Part shown: positions 26,519 through 35,985 of the stretch, piece after piece
Layout of the letters: each line of letters starts with the position of its first letter
How positions within the stretch are numbered: the stretch's first letter is position 1
Assembly: GCA_040905845.1 (NCBI GenBank)
Contig: JBBDQV010000046.1
Coordinates: 8,958 to 50,665, forward strand
Reading direction: 5' to 3'
Source of the DNA: Alphaproteobacteria bacterium
GTDB taxonomy: Bacteria; Pseudomonadota; Alphaproteobacteria; SP197
Length of the DNA stretch: 41,708 nucleotides
Program-made: the position numbers and the translations under genes
Notes under the pieces: generated by a model
Told to the model about the DNA's origin: nothing
The model's database searches: none
What the model saw: only the letters and a program-made list of their open reading frames with translations

Positions 26519-28290
26519 AACGCTTCCTCCCAGCTCCTGCTCACTCGCATCGCGCTGTTGATCAATCCGACCAGTATGTAGCTCTGGGGAAAGTTCCCCC
26601 ACAACTCACCGCTCTCCGGGGCGATGTCCTCGGACATGAGCCCGAGATGGTTGCGGCCGGCGAGAACGCCTTCGAAGATCGCCCGCGCCTCGCCGCGCCG
26701 GCCGATCGCCGCCAGCGCGTCAACGTACCACAGAGTGCAGACGATGAACGAGGTTTCGGGCACGCCGAAATCGTCCGCGGCAGCGTAGCGCAACAGATGA
26801 TCGCCGCGCCGGAGATGGCGCGTAACGGCATCGACCGAGGCGATGAAGCGCGGGTCGGTCGGTGCGATGAAGCCGATCTCGGGCAGCAGAAGCACACTCG
26901 CGTCGACGTGTCCGCCGTCCAGCCCATCGACGAAGGACCGCTCCGTCGGGTCCCACGCGCGCGCCGAGATGGTTTCGTGCAGGCGTGACGCCTCGGCGCG
27001 CCAGCGCGTCGCGCGTTCCGGCAGGCCGAGAACTTCCGCGATCTTGGCGAGCCGGTCGCAGGCGGCCCAGCACATGACCGCGGAGTGCGTGTGCGCGCGG
27101 CACCGCGTCCGATACTCCCAGAGCCCCGCGTCGGGCTCGAGCGCGCAGGCCACAGCCCGCTCGCCCAACGTTTCGAGGCGGGTGAACAGGGCCGCATCCC
27201 CTTGCCGCGGCAGCCGCCGATCGAAGAACATCTGGGCCGCGGCCAGAACGACGTTGCCATAGCTGTCGTTCTGAACCTGGTCCTCGGCCGCGTTCCCGAG
27301 GCGTACCGGGCCCATGCCCCGATACCCGGCCAGCGCGGCCGCCTCGCGCTCGGGCAGGCGTGCCCCCGGCACGATAGGATAGACCGGACGAAGGCGCTCG
27401 CCCGGCTCGACGTCCGCAACGTTCGTCACGAATCGGATGAAGTCCTCCATCGTCCGCGTCGCGCCGAGGCGGTTGAGCGCTTGGACGACGAAATAGGCGT
27501 CGCGCAGCCAGCAATAGCGATAGTCCCAATTGCGACCCGAACCCGGCGCCTCCGGGATCGACGTCGTCAAGGCGGCGACGATCGCTCCGGTCTCCTCGAA
27601 GCTGCACAGCTTGAGCGTGATCGCCGCGCGGATCACCGCCTCCTGCCATTCGAAGGGTACCGATAGGTAGCGCACCCACTCGCGCCAATAGTCGCGCGTC
27701 TGCTCGAGGAATTGCGCCACCGTCTCGGCGATCGGGCGGAACAGGGTCTCGTCGGGGCCGAGGATCAAGGACAACCGGCGATCGAGGACGAAGGGCCTCT
27801 CCTCGGCGATGTAGCTGACCGGGACCTCGGTCGTGAGCCGTAGCGCCTGGCGTGGCCCGACGTAGCGCAAATGATTGCTGCCAAGCGTGACGGTCGCGCG
27901 CACAGCGCCATCCTCGAACACCGGCCGCAGCCTGAGCCGCACGCGGCATGCGCCGAGCACCGGCTCGAGGACGCGCACAACCATGGGCGGCCGGAAGATT
28001 CGGTCGAACTGCTTGAACCGAGGAGAGAAGTCGGTGACGTGCATGCGGTTGCCGTGCGCGTCCTCGATCATGGTCGCGAGCACGGCCGTGTTGCGGTCGT
28101 AAGCCTGCTCGCTCCGGGCGGCGCCCTGCACGTCGACCGCAAAGAACCCCGCGTCGGCGCCGTTGACGAGCGAGCAGAACACCGGGTCGCCGTCGAGACG
28201 GGGATAGCAGGCCCACACGATCCGCGCCCACCGGTCGATGACGGCGGCGAATGCCGAATTTCCGATGACGCCGAGGTTCAAATCCTGCAT
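26503..28290 (-). CDS. Glycoside hydrolase family 15 (trehalase/glucoamylase-like)
   Basis: GAIVAALTTSIPE, RNWDYRYCWLRD, GLWEYR, SEDI...WGNFPQ; positioned between otsB and otsA. Confidence 0.92.
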   Translation of the reverse strand: MQDLNLGVIGNSAFAAVIDRWARIVWACYPRLDGDPVFCSLVNGADAGFFAVDVQGAARSEQAYDRNTAVLATMIEDAHGNRMHVTDFSPRFKQFDRIFRPPMVVRVLEPVLGACRVRLRLRPVFEDGAVRATVTLGSNHLRYVGPRQALRLTTEVPVSYIAEERPFVLDRRLSLILGPDETLFRPIAETVAQFLEQTRDYWREWVRYLSVPFEWQEAVIRAAITLKLCSFEETGAIVAALTTSIPEAPGSGRNWDYRYCWLRDAYFVVQALNRLGATRTMEDFIRFVTNVADVEPGERLRPVYPIVPGARLPEREAAALAGYRGMGPVRLGNAAEDQVQNDSYGNVVLAAAQMFFDRRLPRQGDAALFTRLETLGERAVACALEPDAGLWEYRTRCRAHTHSAVMCWAACDRLAKIAEVLGLPERATRWRAEASRLHETISARAWDPTERSFVDGLDGGHVDASVLLLPEIGFIAPTDPRFIASVDAVTRHLRRGDHLLRYAAADDFGVPETSFIVCTLWYVDALAAIGRRGEARAIFEGVLAGRNHLGLMSEDIAPESGELWGNFPQSYILVGLINSAMRVSRSWEEAFWRGW

Positions 28291-29084
28291 CGCCTGTCCT
28301 CGCGATCGAGTCTATCGACCACAGAACGCAGCCAGCGGCGCACGCCGTCGGGCCCGGGGACCCAATGTGCCGAAAGTGGCGTGCGGCGGGGCCCGACCTG
28401 GATCGCACTCCCGCCGTGATCGAGGGCCGCCTGGAAGGCGTCCTCGTCCGTTGCGTCGTCGCCGACGACGACGGGGACGCGACCCTGAAACGGCGGTTCG
28501 GCCATCAGTGCCCGCAGCGCCGCGCCCTTGTCCGCTCCGCGCGGCCGCGCGTCGACGACGCAGCGCCCGTGCAAGATTTCCAGGGCTTCGCCGGAACACT
28601 CGACCGCGCGGGTCATCGCGGCGAGGACGTCGTCGCCTCTCTCGGGCACGCGCCGGTAGTGTACGGCGATGGTGACGCCCTTGTCCTCGACAAGTATCCC
28701 GGGATACTCCATGGCTACGTGCCGCGCGGCCACGCGAACCGAATCCAGCGCCGCCGCCCCGGTCTCATTGAGCCGGGCCACGCCGCGATACTCGGCTCCG
28801 TGCTGTCCGATGATCGGCAGGGCGAGCGGCGCGAACAGGCGGCCAACGCAGTCGGTCGTGCGCCCGCTGATCAGGGCCACTGCACCTCGCAGGGACCGAT
28901 CGAGTCGGGCCAGGAGCGGGGCCAACTCCGAAGGAACGACGACGGCTTCGGGCGTGGCGGCGATATCCAGGAGGGTCCCGTCGACGTCGAGGAACAGAGC
29001 CCATCGCCGGCTCGGGCGCGGCATGAACTCGCCAGCCGAGCCGACGCAACCGTGATTGATCTCCCGCGTGCTGACTTGAACCAT
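28278..29084 (-). CDS. otsB: Trehalose-6-phosphate phosphatase (HAD)
   Basis: LFLDVDGTL, ISGR, GQHGAE, EDKG..HYR, DKG, GDDATDEDAF. Start uncertain (29084 or 29024). Confidence 0.92.
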   Translation of the reverse strand: MVQVSTREINHGCVGSAGEFMPRPSRRWALFLDVDGTLLDIAATPEAVVVPSELAPLLARLDRSLRGAVALISGRTTDCVGRLFAPLALPIIGQHGAEYRGVARLNETGAAALDSVRVAARHVAMEYPGILVEDKGVTIAVHYRRVPERGDDVLAAMTRAVECSGEALEILHGRCVVDARPRGADKGAALRALMAEPPFQGRVPVVVGDDATDEDAFQAALDHGGSAIQVGPRRTPLSAHWVPGPDGVRRWLRSVVDRLDREDRRCRI

Positions 29085-29145
29085 CGGCCATGGGCCCTAC
29101 CGGTTCGATGGATCATAACCAACCCGACGCTCCACGTCGCGGCGG

Positions 29146-30705
29146 CTACAGCCTCGTGGCATTGTCGCCGGCAAACCCTTGCGAATCGACGAACGCGAGC
29201 AACCCATCGAGTAGGCTACGGTCGGCGATCAAACGCGGCACCTTGTGCTGGCCGCCGAGCTGGCCACGGCTCGCGAGCCAGGACGCGAACGCGCCGGGCG
29301 CGACGGCGAGGACGCGCGGCGGCTCCATGCCGACGCCGCCCGCTCGGTGCGCCTTGTAGTCGTCGTTGGTGGCGGCGAGCGCGTCGTCGAGCGCTAGTGC
29401 GAAGGCGACCAGGGCGTCGCGCGTGGGCAGGCTCGGCGCGAACTCGACGACAAATCGATGGTGGCCGAGCTCGCCGGCGCGTTCGGGCACGACCGCGCCC
29501 ACGACGTAGTCGACGACCGTGAGCCCGGCCGCAACCGCCGCGACGGCGACCGAGTCCTCGACCTCCTCGGCGATCAGGTGCTCGCCGAACGCCGACAGGC
29601 TGTAGGACGTCCGGCCGCTGACGACGAGTCGCGCCGGGTCGCGTCCGACAAGCCGCACCGTGTCGCCCAGCACATACGCCCACAGGCCGGCCGAGGACGT
29701 GACGACCAGGGCGTAGTCGATGCCGACCTCGGCGTCGGCGATCCAATGGCGCGTCGGCCGGGCGGCGCCGAGGTCCGCGACCGGGACGAACTCGAAGAAC
29801 AGCCCGTTGTCCAGGATCAGCCGCATGCCCTCGCCGTCGCTCCGGTCGGCCACGGCGATGAACCCCTCGCTCGCCGCGTAGACCTCGCGCGTCTCGGCGC
29901 GGCTGCCCTCCAGCAAGCCATGGAACTGGGCGCGGTAGGGCGCGAAGTTGACGCCACCATGGACGACCAGCTCGAGGTTCGGCCAGAACACCGCGAGCCG
30001 TCGCCGTGCCTTCGGAGCTAGCGTATCCATGCGGTCGATGAGCACGAGCAACCACGACGGCACGCCCGAGACCGAGCGGACGTCCCGCGCGAGCCCGTCC
30101 CGCGCCAGGCGTTCGATCTTGCGCTCCCAATCGGCCTCGAGCGCGAGCGCGCGAGCCGGAAACTGCCAGGGCCGCGCCCACCACGGGGCCGTCGCCGCGG
30201 CGATGCCGCTGAGGTCGCCGCTCGCCACGCCCGGCGCGAGCCGGGTCAACGCCGTGCTGCCGCCGAGCAGAAGGCTCTTACCGCCGAGCACGCGGCTTCG
30301 GGGCTGGTTGGCGAGGTGGTGGATCAGGACATCGGCCGCCGCGCGGCGGTTGGCGCGGACCATGTCCCACGAGCAGGGGATGTACTTGGTGACTCCGGTC
30401 GTCGTGCCCGAGGTGACCGCGAAGAAGGGTATCCGGCCAGGCCAGGTCACGTCGCGAAGGGTGGGGAAGCGCGCCTTCCAGTACGACGTCCAGAAATCGT
30501 CATAGCGGCGCAACGGGACCGTGGTGGCGAAGTCCCTGGGCGTCGCGATCCGCTCGAAGCCGTGCTCGCGCCCGAACGCGGTCGCGCGCGCGCGGCGGAT
30601 CAGCGCCGCCAAAGTCCTCGCCTGGGCGGCCACCGGGTCCTCGCGGACCAGTCGCGCGAGCCGGCGTCGTGCGTAGACGCGGAACAAGGGCGTCACGTCG
30701 AGCAT
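29146..30705 (-). CDS. GH3 family (auxin-responsive GH3-like) acyl-acid amido synthetase
   Basis: Adenylation motifs TSGTTTGVTKYIP, YAASEG and YVLGD; C-terminal GGQHKVPRL; SGVPSW. Start ATG 30705 overlaps the acylase 3' end. Confidence 0.88.
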   Translation of the reverse strand: MLDVTPLFRVYARRRLARLVREDPVAAQARTLAALIRRARATAFGREHGFERIATPRDFATTVPLRRYDDFWTSYWKARFPTLRDVTWPGRIPFFAVTSGTTTGVTKYIPCSWDMVRANRRAAADVLIHHLANQPRSRVLGGKSLLLGGSTALTRLAPGVASGDLSGIAAATAPWWARPWQFPARALALEADWERKIERLARDGLARDVRSVSGVPSWLLVLIDRMDTLAPKARRRLAVFWPNLELVVHGGVNFAPYRAQFHGLLEGSRAETREVYAASEGFIAVADRSDGEGMRLILDNGLFFEFVPVADLGAARPTRHWIADAEVGIDYALVVTSSAGLWAYVLGDTVRLVGRDPARLVVSGRTSYSLSAFGEHLIAEEVEDSVAVAAVAAGLTVVDYVVGAVVPERAGELGHHRFVVEFAPSLPTRDALVAFALALDDALAATNDDYKAHRAGGVGMEPPRVLAVAPGAFASWLASRGQLGGQHKVPRLIADRSLLDGLLAFVDSQGFAGDNATRL

Positions 30706-32933
30706 CGCCGGAGCCCCTGGTCCGGAGGCGTCAGGACCGTGACGTGCGGGAAGCTCGTAGCGGCGGTTTCGGGCCGCAGCGGAATGCGCACCAGACGGCC
30801 GCTCCGCCACAAAGCGACCTGGTCGAGCAGGGTGTCGCTGCCGAGCCAGCCGTCCTGGCCGCCGAGCAGCACGACCTCGTTGGCGTCGGCATCCGCGAGG
30901 TCAGAAATCCAGCGGGCGTTGGCGCCGTAGTTGACCGAATGCCGGGCTTCGACCAGGCCGTGGGCCGCCTTGGCCACCGTCTCGTCGCTGCCAGGTGACG
31001 GCAGGTCCGCCATGGCCCAGCGCCGGCCGACAAGGGGCAGCCGGCTCAAGGGGTGGGCGAGGCGCAGCCGGTGCATCGCGCCCCAGGTCGGGGTGCGGGC
31101 GGCGCGGCGAGCGGCGTCGGGCAGCGCGCGCAGGATGGTCCCGGCGACGATGCCCGGCGGCGCCTCTCGCATGTCCGCGAGCAGCCGCTGGCGAAAGCGC
31201 CAGCCCGAGCGATACGCCGCCAGGCGCACTTCGTCGAGAAAGCCGCGGGCGAAGCGCGCGAGCAGGATCTCGAACGCGGGCGCGCCGGTCGATTCGACCG
31301 GGTAGCTGCCGTCCCAGGCCGCGAGCCGTGCGACGAGCGACCGCTCCGTCTTGCCGAGCCCCGCGGGATCGCCGATCGCCGCGAGCAGCGCGGACTTCAG
31401 CTCGCGCGAGCTCGCCATGAGGTCGTCGCGCTGGATGCGAGCCAGATCGGCCGCCGTCAACGCTGTCGCGACGTCCAGCAACTCCCTCAGCCGCTCGGCC
31501 CTCGTCGTCGGCGAGAAGAAGAGGCCGATCAGGATTTCGCTCCGCGGCGGCGGCTCGTTGGCGGACACGACGATACCGTCCGGCGGATCGATACTTTGCG
31601 GCAGGTCGCGGGCGGTCGCGAATGCGTCCCAATAGTCCGCTTCGCGCGCGGGCGTGGCCAGGTTCATCGATGCCTCGGGCTTTCGCCTCGGCAGGTGGGC
31701 GGCGATGGCGCGGCCGACGCGGCCCGCTGCGTCGGCATAGACGAATGTCTGGCCGGGCACGGCGAAACCTTCGAGCGCGGCGCGGAACGTAACCCAGTCC
31801 CGCGCGCGGTTGAGCGCGAGCATCGCGCCGAGCTCGTCGCTTGGCCGGTGCCCGACCCAGCGCAGCGCGAGCGTGCGCCCCGTCGGGATCGCGATCAACG
31901 GCGCATCGTTCAGCACGGGGCCGAACGCGGTTTCGCGCACGGTGATCGTCTCGGGCCGGCCCCAGCGGACACGGATGATCGCCGCGCGCGGCGCGAACGA
32001 CGAAGCAGGCTCGTCCGTCACGTCGATCAGCTCGCTCGACAGCGCGTGGAGATTGGTCCCGCCCCAGGCGATCCACCGGTTTCGGCCGATCGCGACGAAT
32101 GGTAGGGCGGGCAGCATCAGGCCGACGGCGTTATGACCCGGCGACGTCATGCCGGCGACGATCCACAGGCCGGGGACGTGCAGGCCGAGGTGGGGATCGC
32201 TCGCGAGAAACGCGTTGCCGGCCGCACGGGTGCCCGCTACGGCGAAGGCGTTGCTGCCGTGCCCGGTGGCGCCGAGCACGGCGTCGAGCGGGTCCGCGGC
32301 GCGCCCCGCGTCGCCCATCGCGCGCCACAGCGCGGCGAAATCGGGGTGCCCGGCGAGGCGTAGGCCGGCGACCATGGCGAGCCAGCTCACGTCCCAGCTC
32401 GCCAGCCGTCCGATCGCGAGGACATCGGTCGCGTGCCACGGCGCGCGATCGAGGCCGAGCAGAGGGAACTCCGGCGGCATCAGGCGCGCCTTGTCGACGA
32501 CGTGGTTGATCCCGGCGACGAAGCCGTCGAGCCAGGCCCGCGTCGCCGTTGGCATCGCGTCGAGAATGCTGGGCACGGCGCGGGCCAAGTCGAGCACGCG
32601 CAGGCTGCGGTCGAGCGGCAGCGCGATTCCGCCGACCAGCTCGGCCGTACGGCCGTGGGCGATGTGGCGCAGCACCTCCATCTGGGCCAGCCGGAGATGA
32701 GCGTGGACGACGCCGAGGCCGACCGCGAGGTCCGCGTCCCGCTCCGCCTCGAGCCACGGTATCTGGTTATCGTTCCACCGTACCGTGACCGGCGACACCA
32801 CGGGGGCGCCGCGCAGCGGCAGGTTCGCGAGCCGCTCGGCCAGCGACACCCGTCGGGGCGGGGGATGGCGCAGCAGCGACCAGGAGAGGCGCGCCGCGAG
32901 CGCGGCGAGCATGGCGGTACGCCGCAGGTTCAC
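30693..32933 (-). CDS. Penicillin acylase / Ntn amidohydrolase (S45) family protein
   Basis: Alpha-subunit IPWLEA...GLGVVHAHLRLAQME; beta-subunit N-terminal nucleophile in G|SNAFAV...ASDPHL; GRNRWIAWGGTN, VSANE, WGAMH, GGQDG. Confidence 0.88.
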   Translation of the reverse strand: MNLRRTAMLAALAARLSWSLLRHPPPRRVSLAERLANLPLRGAPVVSPVTVRWNDNQIPWLEAERDADLAVGLGVVHAHLRLAQMEVLRHIAHGRTAELVGGIALPLDRSLRVLDLARAVPSILDAMPTATRAWLDGFVAGINHVVDKARLMPPEFPLLGLDRAPWHATDVLAIGRLASWDVSWLAMVAGLRLAGHPDFAALWRAMGDAGRAADPLDAVLGATGHGSNAFAVAGTRAAGNAFLASDPHLGLHVPGLWIVAGMTSPGHNAVGLMLPALPFVAIGRNRWIAWGGTNLHALSSELIDVTDEPASSFAPRAAIIRVRWGRPETITVRETAFGPVLNDAPLIAIPTGRTLALRWVGHRPSDELGAMLALNRARDWVTFRAALEGFAVPGQTFVYADAAGRVGRAIAAHLPRRKPEASMNLATPAREADYWDAFATARDLPQSIDPPDGIVVSANEPPPRSEILIGLFFSPTTRAERLRELLDVATALTAADLARIQRDDLMASSRELKSALLAAIGDPAGLGKTERSLVARLAAWDGSYPVESTGAPAFEILLARFARGFLDEVRLAAYRSGWRFRQRLLADMREAPPGIVAGTILRALPDAARRAARTPTWGAMHRLRLAHPLSRLPLVGRRWAMADLPSPGSDETVAKAAHGLVEARHSVNYGANARWISDLADADANEVVLLGGQDGWLGSDTLLDQVALWRSGRLVRIPLRPETAATSFPHVTVLTPPDQGLRRCST

Positions 32934-32953
32934 GACGACCTCCCGGAAGACGA

Positions 32954-32984
32954 AGGGGGCGGGATGCCCGGCACCCCGCCCCCT
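32954..32984 (-). terminator. GC-rich hairpin downstream of the substrate-binding protein gene
   Basis: AGGGGGCGGG / CCCGCCCCCT forms a perfect 10-bp stem; only a weak pyrimidine tail on the minus strand. Confidence 0.5.
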
Positions 32985-33008
32985 GGAGCGTTCGAAGCGA
33001 CGGCTCGG

Positions 33009-34157
33009 TCAGAGACCGGCCTTGACCTCCTCGTACATCGCCTGGAGCGTCGGCTCGTTGCGGATCGTCGCCTGGAAGATGCCGCCCGCGATGTAGGCGT
33101 CGAGCTTGTCCGGCGTGGTCAAGCCACGCATCGCCAGATCAGCCTCGGAGAAACCTTCGAACCCGCCTAGGTTCGAGTGCCCCATGCCGAAGTTCTGGAT
33201 CCAGTTGTGCCCGGCATCCTTGCTGAGGTACGCGTTGAGCAGATCATAGGCGCGCGCTTCCATCTCCGGGGTGACCCACGTCATCAGGCACAGCCCGCAC
33301 GTCCAGGTCATCGCGCCCTCCTTGGGCTGCATGAAGGTCGCCGGGATACCCTGGTTCGAGAGGTTGAGGATCGTGTCGTTCCATGAATCCGCCGCGATCA
33401 ACTCGCCGCTCGCCAGCGCCTGCTGCCAGCCCGTGTTGTCGTTGGAGTAGAAGCGCAGCAGCGGGCGCTGCTGGACCATCAACTCCTTGGTTTTGGCGAC
33501 CTCGGCCTCGGTCATGTCGAAGGGGTTCTTCGCGCCGGAATAGATCGCGGCGACCATGACGCCGTCGATCAGGCTGTCGATCATGGAGAGCCGCCCGGAG
33601 TACTTCTCGTCCCACAGGATGCCCCAGGTGTGGTTCTCGACCCCGACGTATTCGGGCGCCAGGTCGTGGCGGAAGGTCACCGAGGTCAAGCCCCACCAGG
33701 CGGGAACCCACAGGCGCTTCCCGTCGATCACGGTGTCGGGAACGTTGTAGAGCGCCGGGATGATCTCGCCCCAGTGGCTCAGCCGGCCGATGTCGATCTC
33801 CTTAAGAAACCCCAGGTCGTTCCATTTGACGACCTTGTAGGAGCACGGCATCGACATGTCGGGATGGAAGCCGGCGCGCATCTTGGCCTCGGCTTCCTCT
33901 TCGTCGCCCCAGTTGGAGTAGTTCGGCGCCTCGCCGTACTTGGTGAGGTACTCCTGATTGTATTCCGGCGCCTCGTAGCCGGCCCAGGTGAACAGCGTCG
34001 GGTGATCGTCGCTGTCGGCGCGGGCGCCGATGCGTCCCGTGGGCAGGATGACCGTCGCAAGGCCGACCGAGGCCATGGCGCGCTTGAAGTCGCGCCGCGT
34101 CACGCGGCCGTACTTGATCTCGTCGATGAAGCGTTCGATGTCGCGTTTGGTTTCCAT
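33009..34157 (-). CDS. ABC substrate-binding protein, PotD/PotF (polyamine-type) family, Tat-exported
   Basis: Twin-arginine TRRDFK plus hydrophobic stretch; FTWAGY, WGILWDEKYSGR, PKEGAMTW; SD GGGAGG. Confidence 0.85.
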   Translation of the reverse strand: METKRDIERFIDEIKYGRVTRRDFKRAMASVGLATVILPTGRIGARADSDDHPTLFTWAGYEAPEYNQEYLTKYGEAPNYSNWGDEEEAEAKMRAGFHPDMSMPCSYKVVKWNDLGFLKEIDIGRLSHWGEIIPALYNVPDTVIDGKRLWVPAWWGLTSVTFRHDLAPEYVGVENHTWGILWDEKYSGRLSMIDSLIDGVMVAAIYSGAKNPFDMTEAEVAKTKELMVQQRPLLRFYSNDNTGWQQALASGELIAADSWNDTILNLSNQGIPATFMQPKEGAMTWTCGLCLMTWVTPEMEARAYDLLNAYLSKDAGHNWIQNFGMGHSNLGGFEGFSEADLAMRGLTTPDKLDAYIAGGIFQATIRNEPTLQAMYEEVKAGL

Positions 34158-34322
34158 GCGCGCGCCTCCCTCTTTCTTGGGTTGAATTCGGCCTGAACCG
34201 GCCGATCAGCCGTGCATCCTGGCCCAACCGGCCCGCCACCGCAAGAATCGGGTGGCCGGCTCCCTGGCCTCGGCCCCGCCGGCCCGGCTAGAGTACGGCC
34301 AAGGCGAACGAAGGGGCCCGGC

Positions 34323-35981
34323 ATGGCGGCTGCAACCACTTACGATTACGTGATCGTCGGCGCGGGCTCGGCGGGGTGCGTGCTGGCGAGCCGCTTGAGC
34401 GCGGATACCACGATCCGCGTCCTCGTGCTCGAGGCCGGACCCGAGGACCGCGGCTGGAAGATCCACATGCCCGCCGCGCTCGCCGAGCCGCTCAAGGACA
34501 CCAAGTACAACTGGTGGTACGAGACCGAGCCCCAGATGCACCTCGACGGACGCCGGGTCTACTGGCCGCGCGGGCGCGTGCTGGGCGGCTCGTCGTCGAT
34601 CAACGGCATGGCCTACGTGCGCGGCCACGCGCTCGATTACCAGCGCTGGGCCGAGGATGGCGCGCGCGGCTGGTCCTACGCCGAGGTGCTGCCCTATTTC
34701 CGCCGCGCCCAGGCGCACGCGTCGGGTGCGGACGCCTACCGGGGCGGCGAAGGTCCGCTCCGGGTGCGCACCGGCACCATGGCCAACCCGCTCTATGAAG
34801 CGTGGCTCGAGGCCGGGCGTCAGGCGGGCTACCCGATTACCGGGGACATGAACGGTTATCAGCAGGAGGGGCTTGCCCGCATGGACATGACCGTGCATGT
34901 GGGCCGGCGCCAGAGCGCCGCGGTCGCCTACCTGCGCCCGGCCATGCAACGCCCGAACCTGACCGTGGTGACCGAGGCGATGACGTTGCGCGTGCTCGTC
35001 GAGGGCCACCGCGCGGTCGGCGTCGAGTACGCCCGCCGGGGCGAGACGGTCACGGCGCGTGCCGAGCGCGAGGTCATCGTCGCCAGCGGCGCCATCAACG
35101 GTCCGCAGCTCCTCATGCTCTCAGGCGTCGGCGACGCCGACGAGCTGCGCCCGCTCGGCGTCAACGTGGCCCACCATCTGCCGGGGGTCGGCAAGAACCT
35201 CCAGGACCACCTGGAATGTTACGTCCAATACGCCTGCACCCAGCCGGTCACGCTCTATCCCGCGCTCAAGCCGCTCGGGCGGCTGCGCGTCGGCATCGAG
35301 TGGCTGCTGTTCAACACCGGGCTCGGCGCCACCAACCACTTCGAGGCCGGCGGCTTCATCCGCAGCCGCGCGGGCGTCGAGCACCCCGACCTGCAGTACC
35401 ATTTCTTCCCGATGGCGATCACGTACTACGGCACCGCGCCGGCCTCGGGCCATGGCTTCCAGGCGCACATCGGGCCGATGCGCTCGCCGTCGCGAGGCTT
35501 CCTCAGGCTGCGCTCGACCGATCCGCGCGAGCACCCCGTGATCGAGCCGAACTACATGTCGCACGACGCGGACTGGCAGGAGTTCCGCGCCGGCGTGCAC
35601 CTGACCCGCGAGCTCTTCGCCCAGAAGGCGTTCGATGCGTTCCGGGGCGAGGAGCTCCAGCCCGGCGCCGCGGCCACGTCCGACGCCGCCATCGACGGCT
35701 TTCTCAGGAAGCACGTCGAGAGCGCCTATCACCCGTGCGGCACGTGCAAGATGGGCACCGACCCGATGGCGGTGGTCGACGCCGAGTGCCGGGTCCACGG
35801 GCTCGATGGCTTGCGGGTGGTCGACGCCTCGATCATGCCCTCGATCCCGTCGGGCAACCTCAACGCGCCGACCATCATGATCGGCGAGAAGGCGGCCGAC
35901 ATGATCCTCGGTACGACGCCCCCGCCGCCCTCGAACGCGCCCTACTGGGTCAACCCGGACTGGCGCACGCAGCAGCGGTGA
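34323..35981 (+). CDS. betA: Choline dehydrogenase (GMC oxidoreductase)
   Basis: YDYVIVGAGSAG, PRGRVLGGSSSINGM, GKNLQDHLE, NHFEAGGFIRS, ESAYHPCGTCKMG, GNLNAPTIM. Confidence 0.85.
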   Translation: MAAATTYDYVIVGAGSAGCVLASRLSADTTIRVLVLEAGPEDRGWKIHMPAALAEPLKDTKYNWWYETEPQMHLDGRRVYWPRGRVLGGSSSINGMAYVRGHALDYQRWAEDGARGWSYAEVLPYFRRAQAHASGADAYRGGEGPLRVRTGTMANPLYEAWLEAGRQAGYPITGDMNGYQQEGLARMDMTVHVGRRQSAAVAYLRPAMQRPNLTVVTEAMTLRVLVEGHRAVGVEYARRGETVTARAEREVIVASGAINGPQLLMLSGVGDADELRPLGVNVAHHLPGVGKNLQDHLECYVQYACTQPVTLYPALKPLGRLRVGIEWLLFNTGLGATNHFEAGGFIRSRAGVEHPDLQYHFFPMAITYYGTAPASGHGFQAHIGPMRSPSRGFLRLRSTDPREHPVIEPNYMSHDADWQEFRAGVHLTRELFAQKAFDAFRGEELQPGAAATSDAAIDGFLRKHVESAYHPCGTCKMGTDPMAVVDAECRVHGLDGLRVVDASIMPSIPSGNLNAPTIMIGEKAADMILGTTPPPPSNAPYWVNPDWRTQQR

Positions 35982-35985
35982 ACCG

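Noticed and set aside
34158-34322. Riboswitch upstream of the binding protein or betA
   Set aside because: Only generic GC-rich pairing; no recognisable aptamer consensus.
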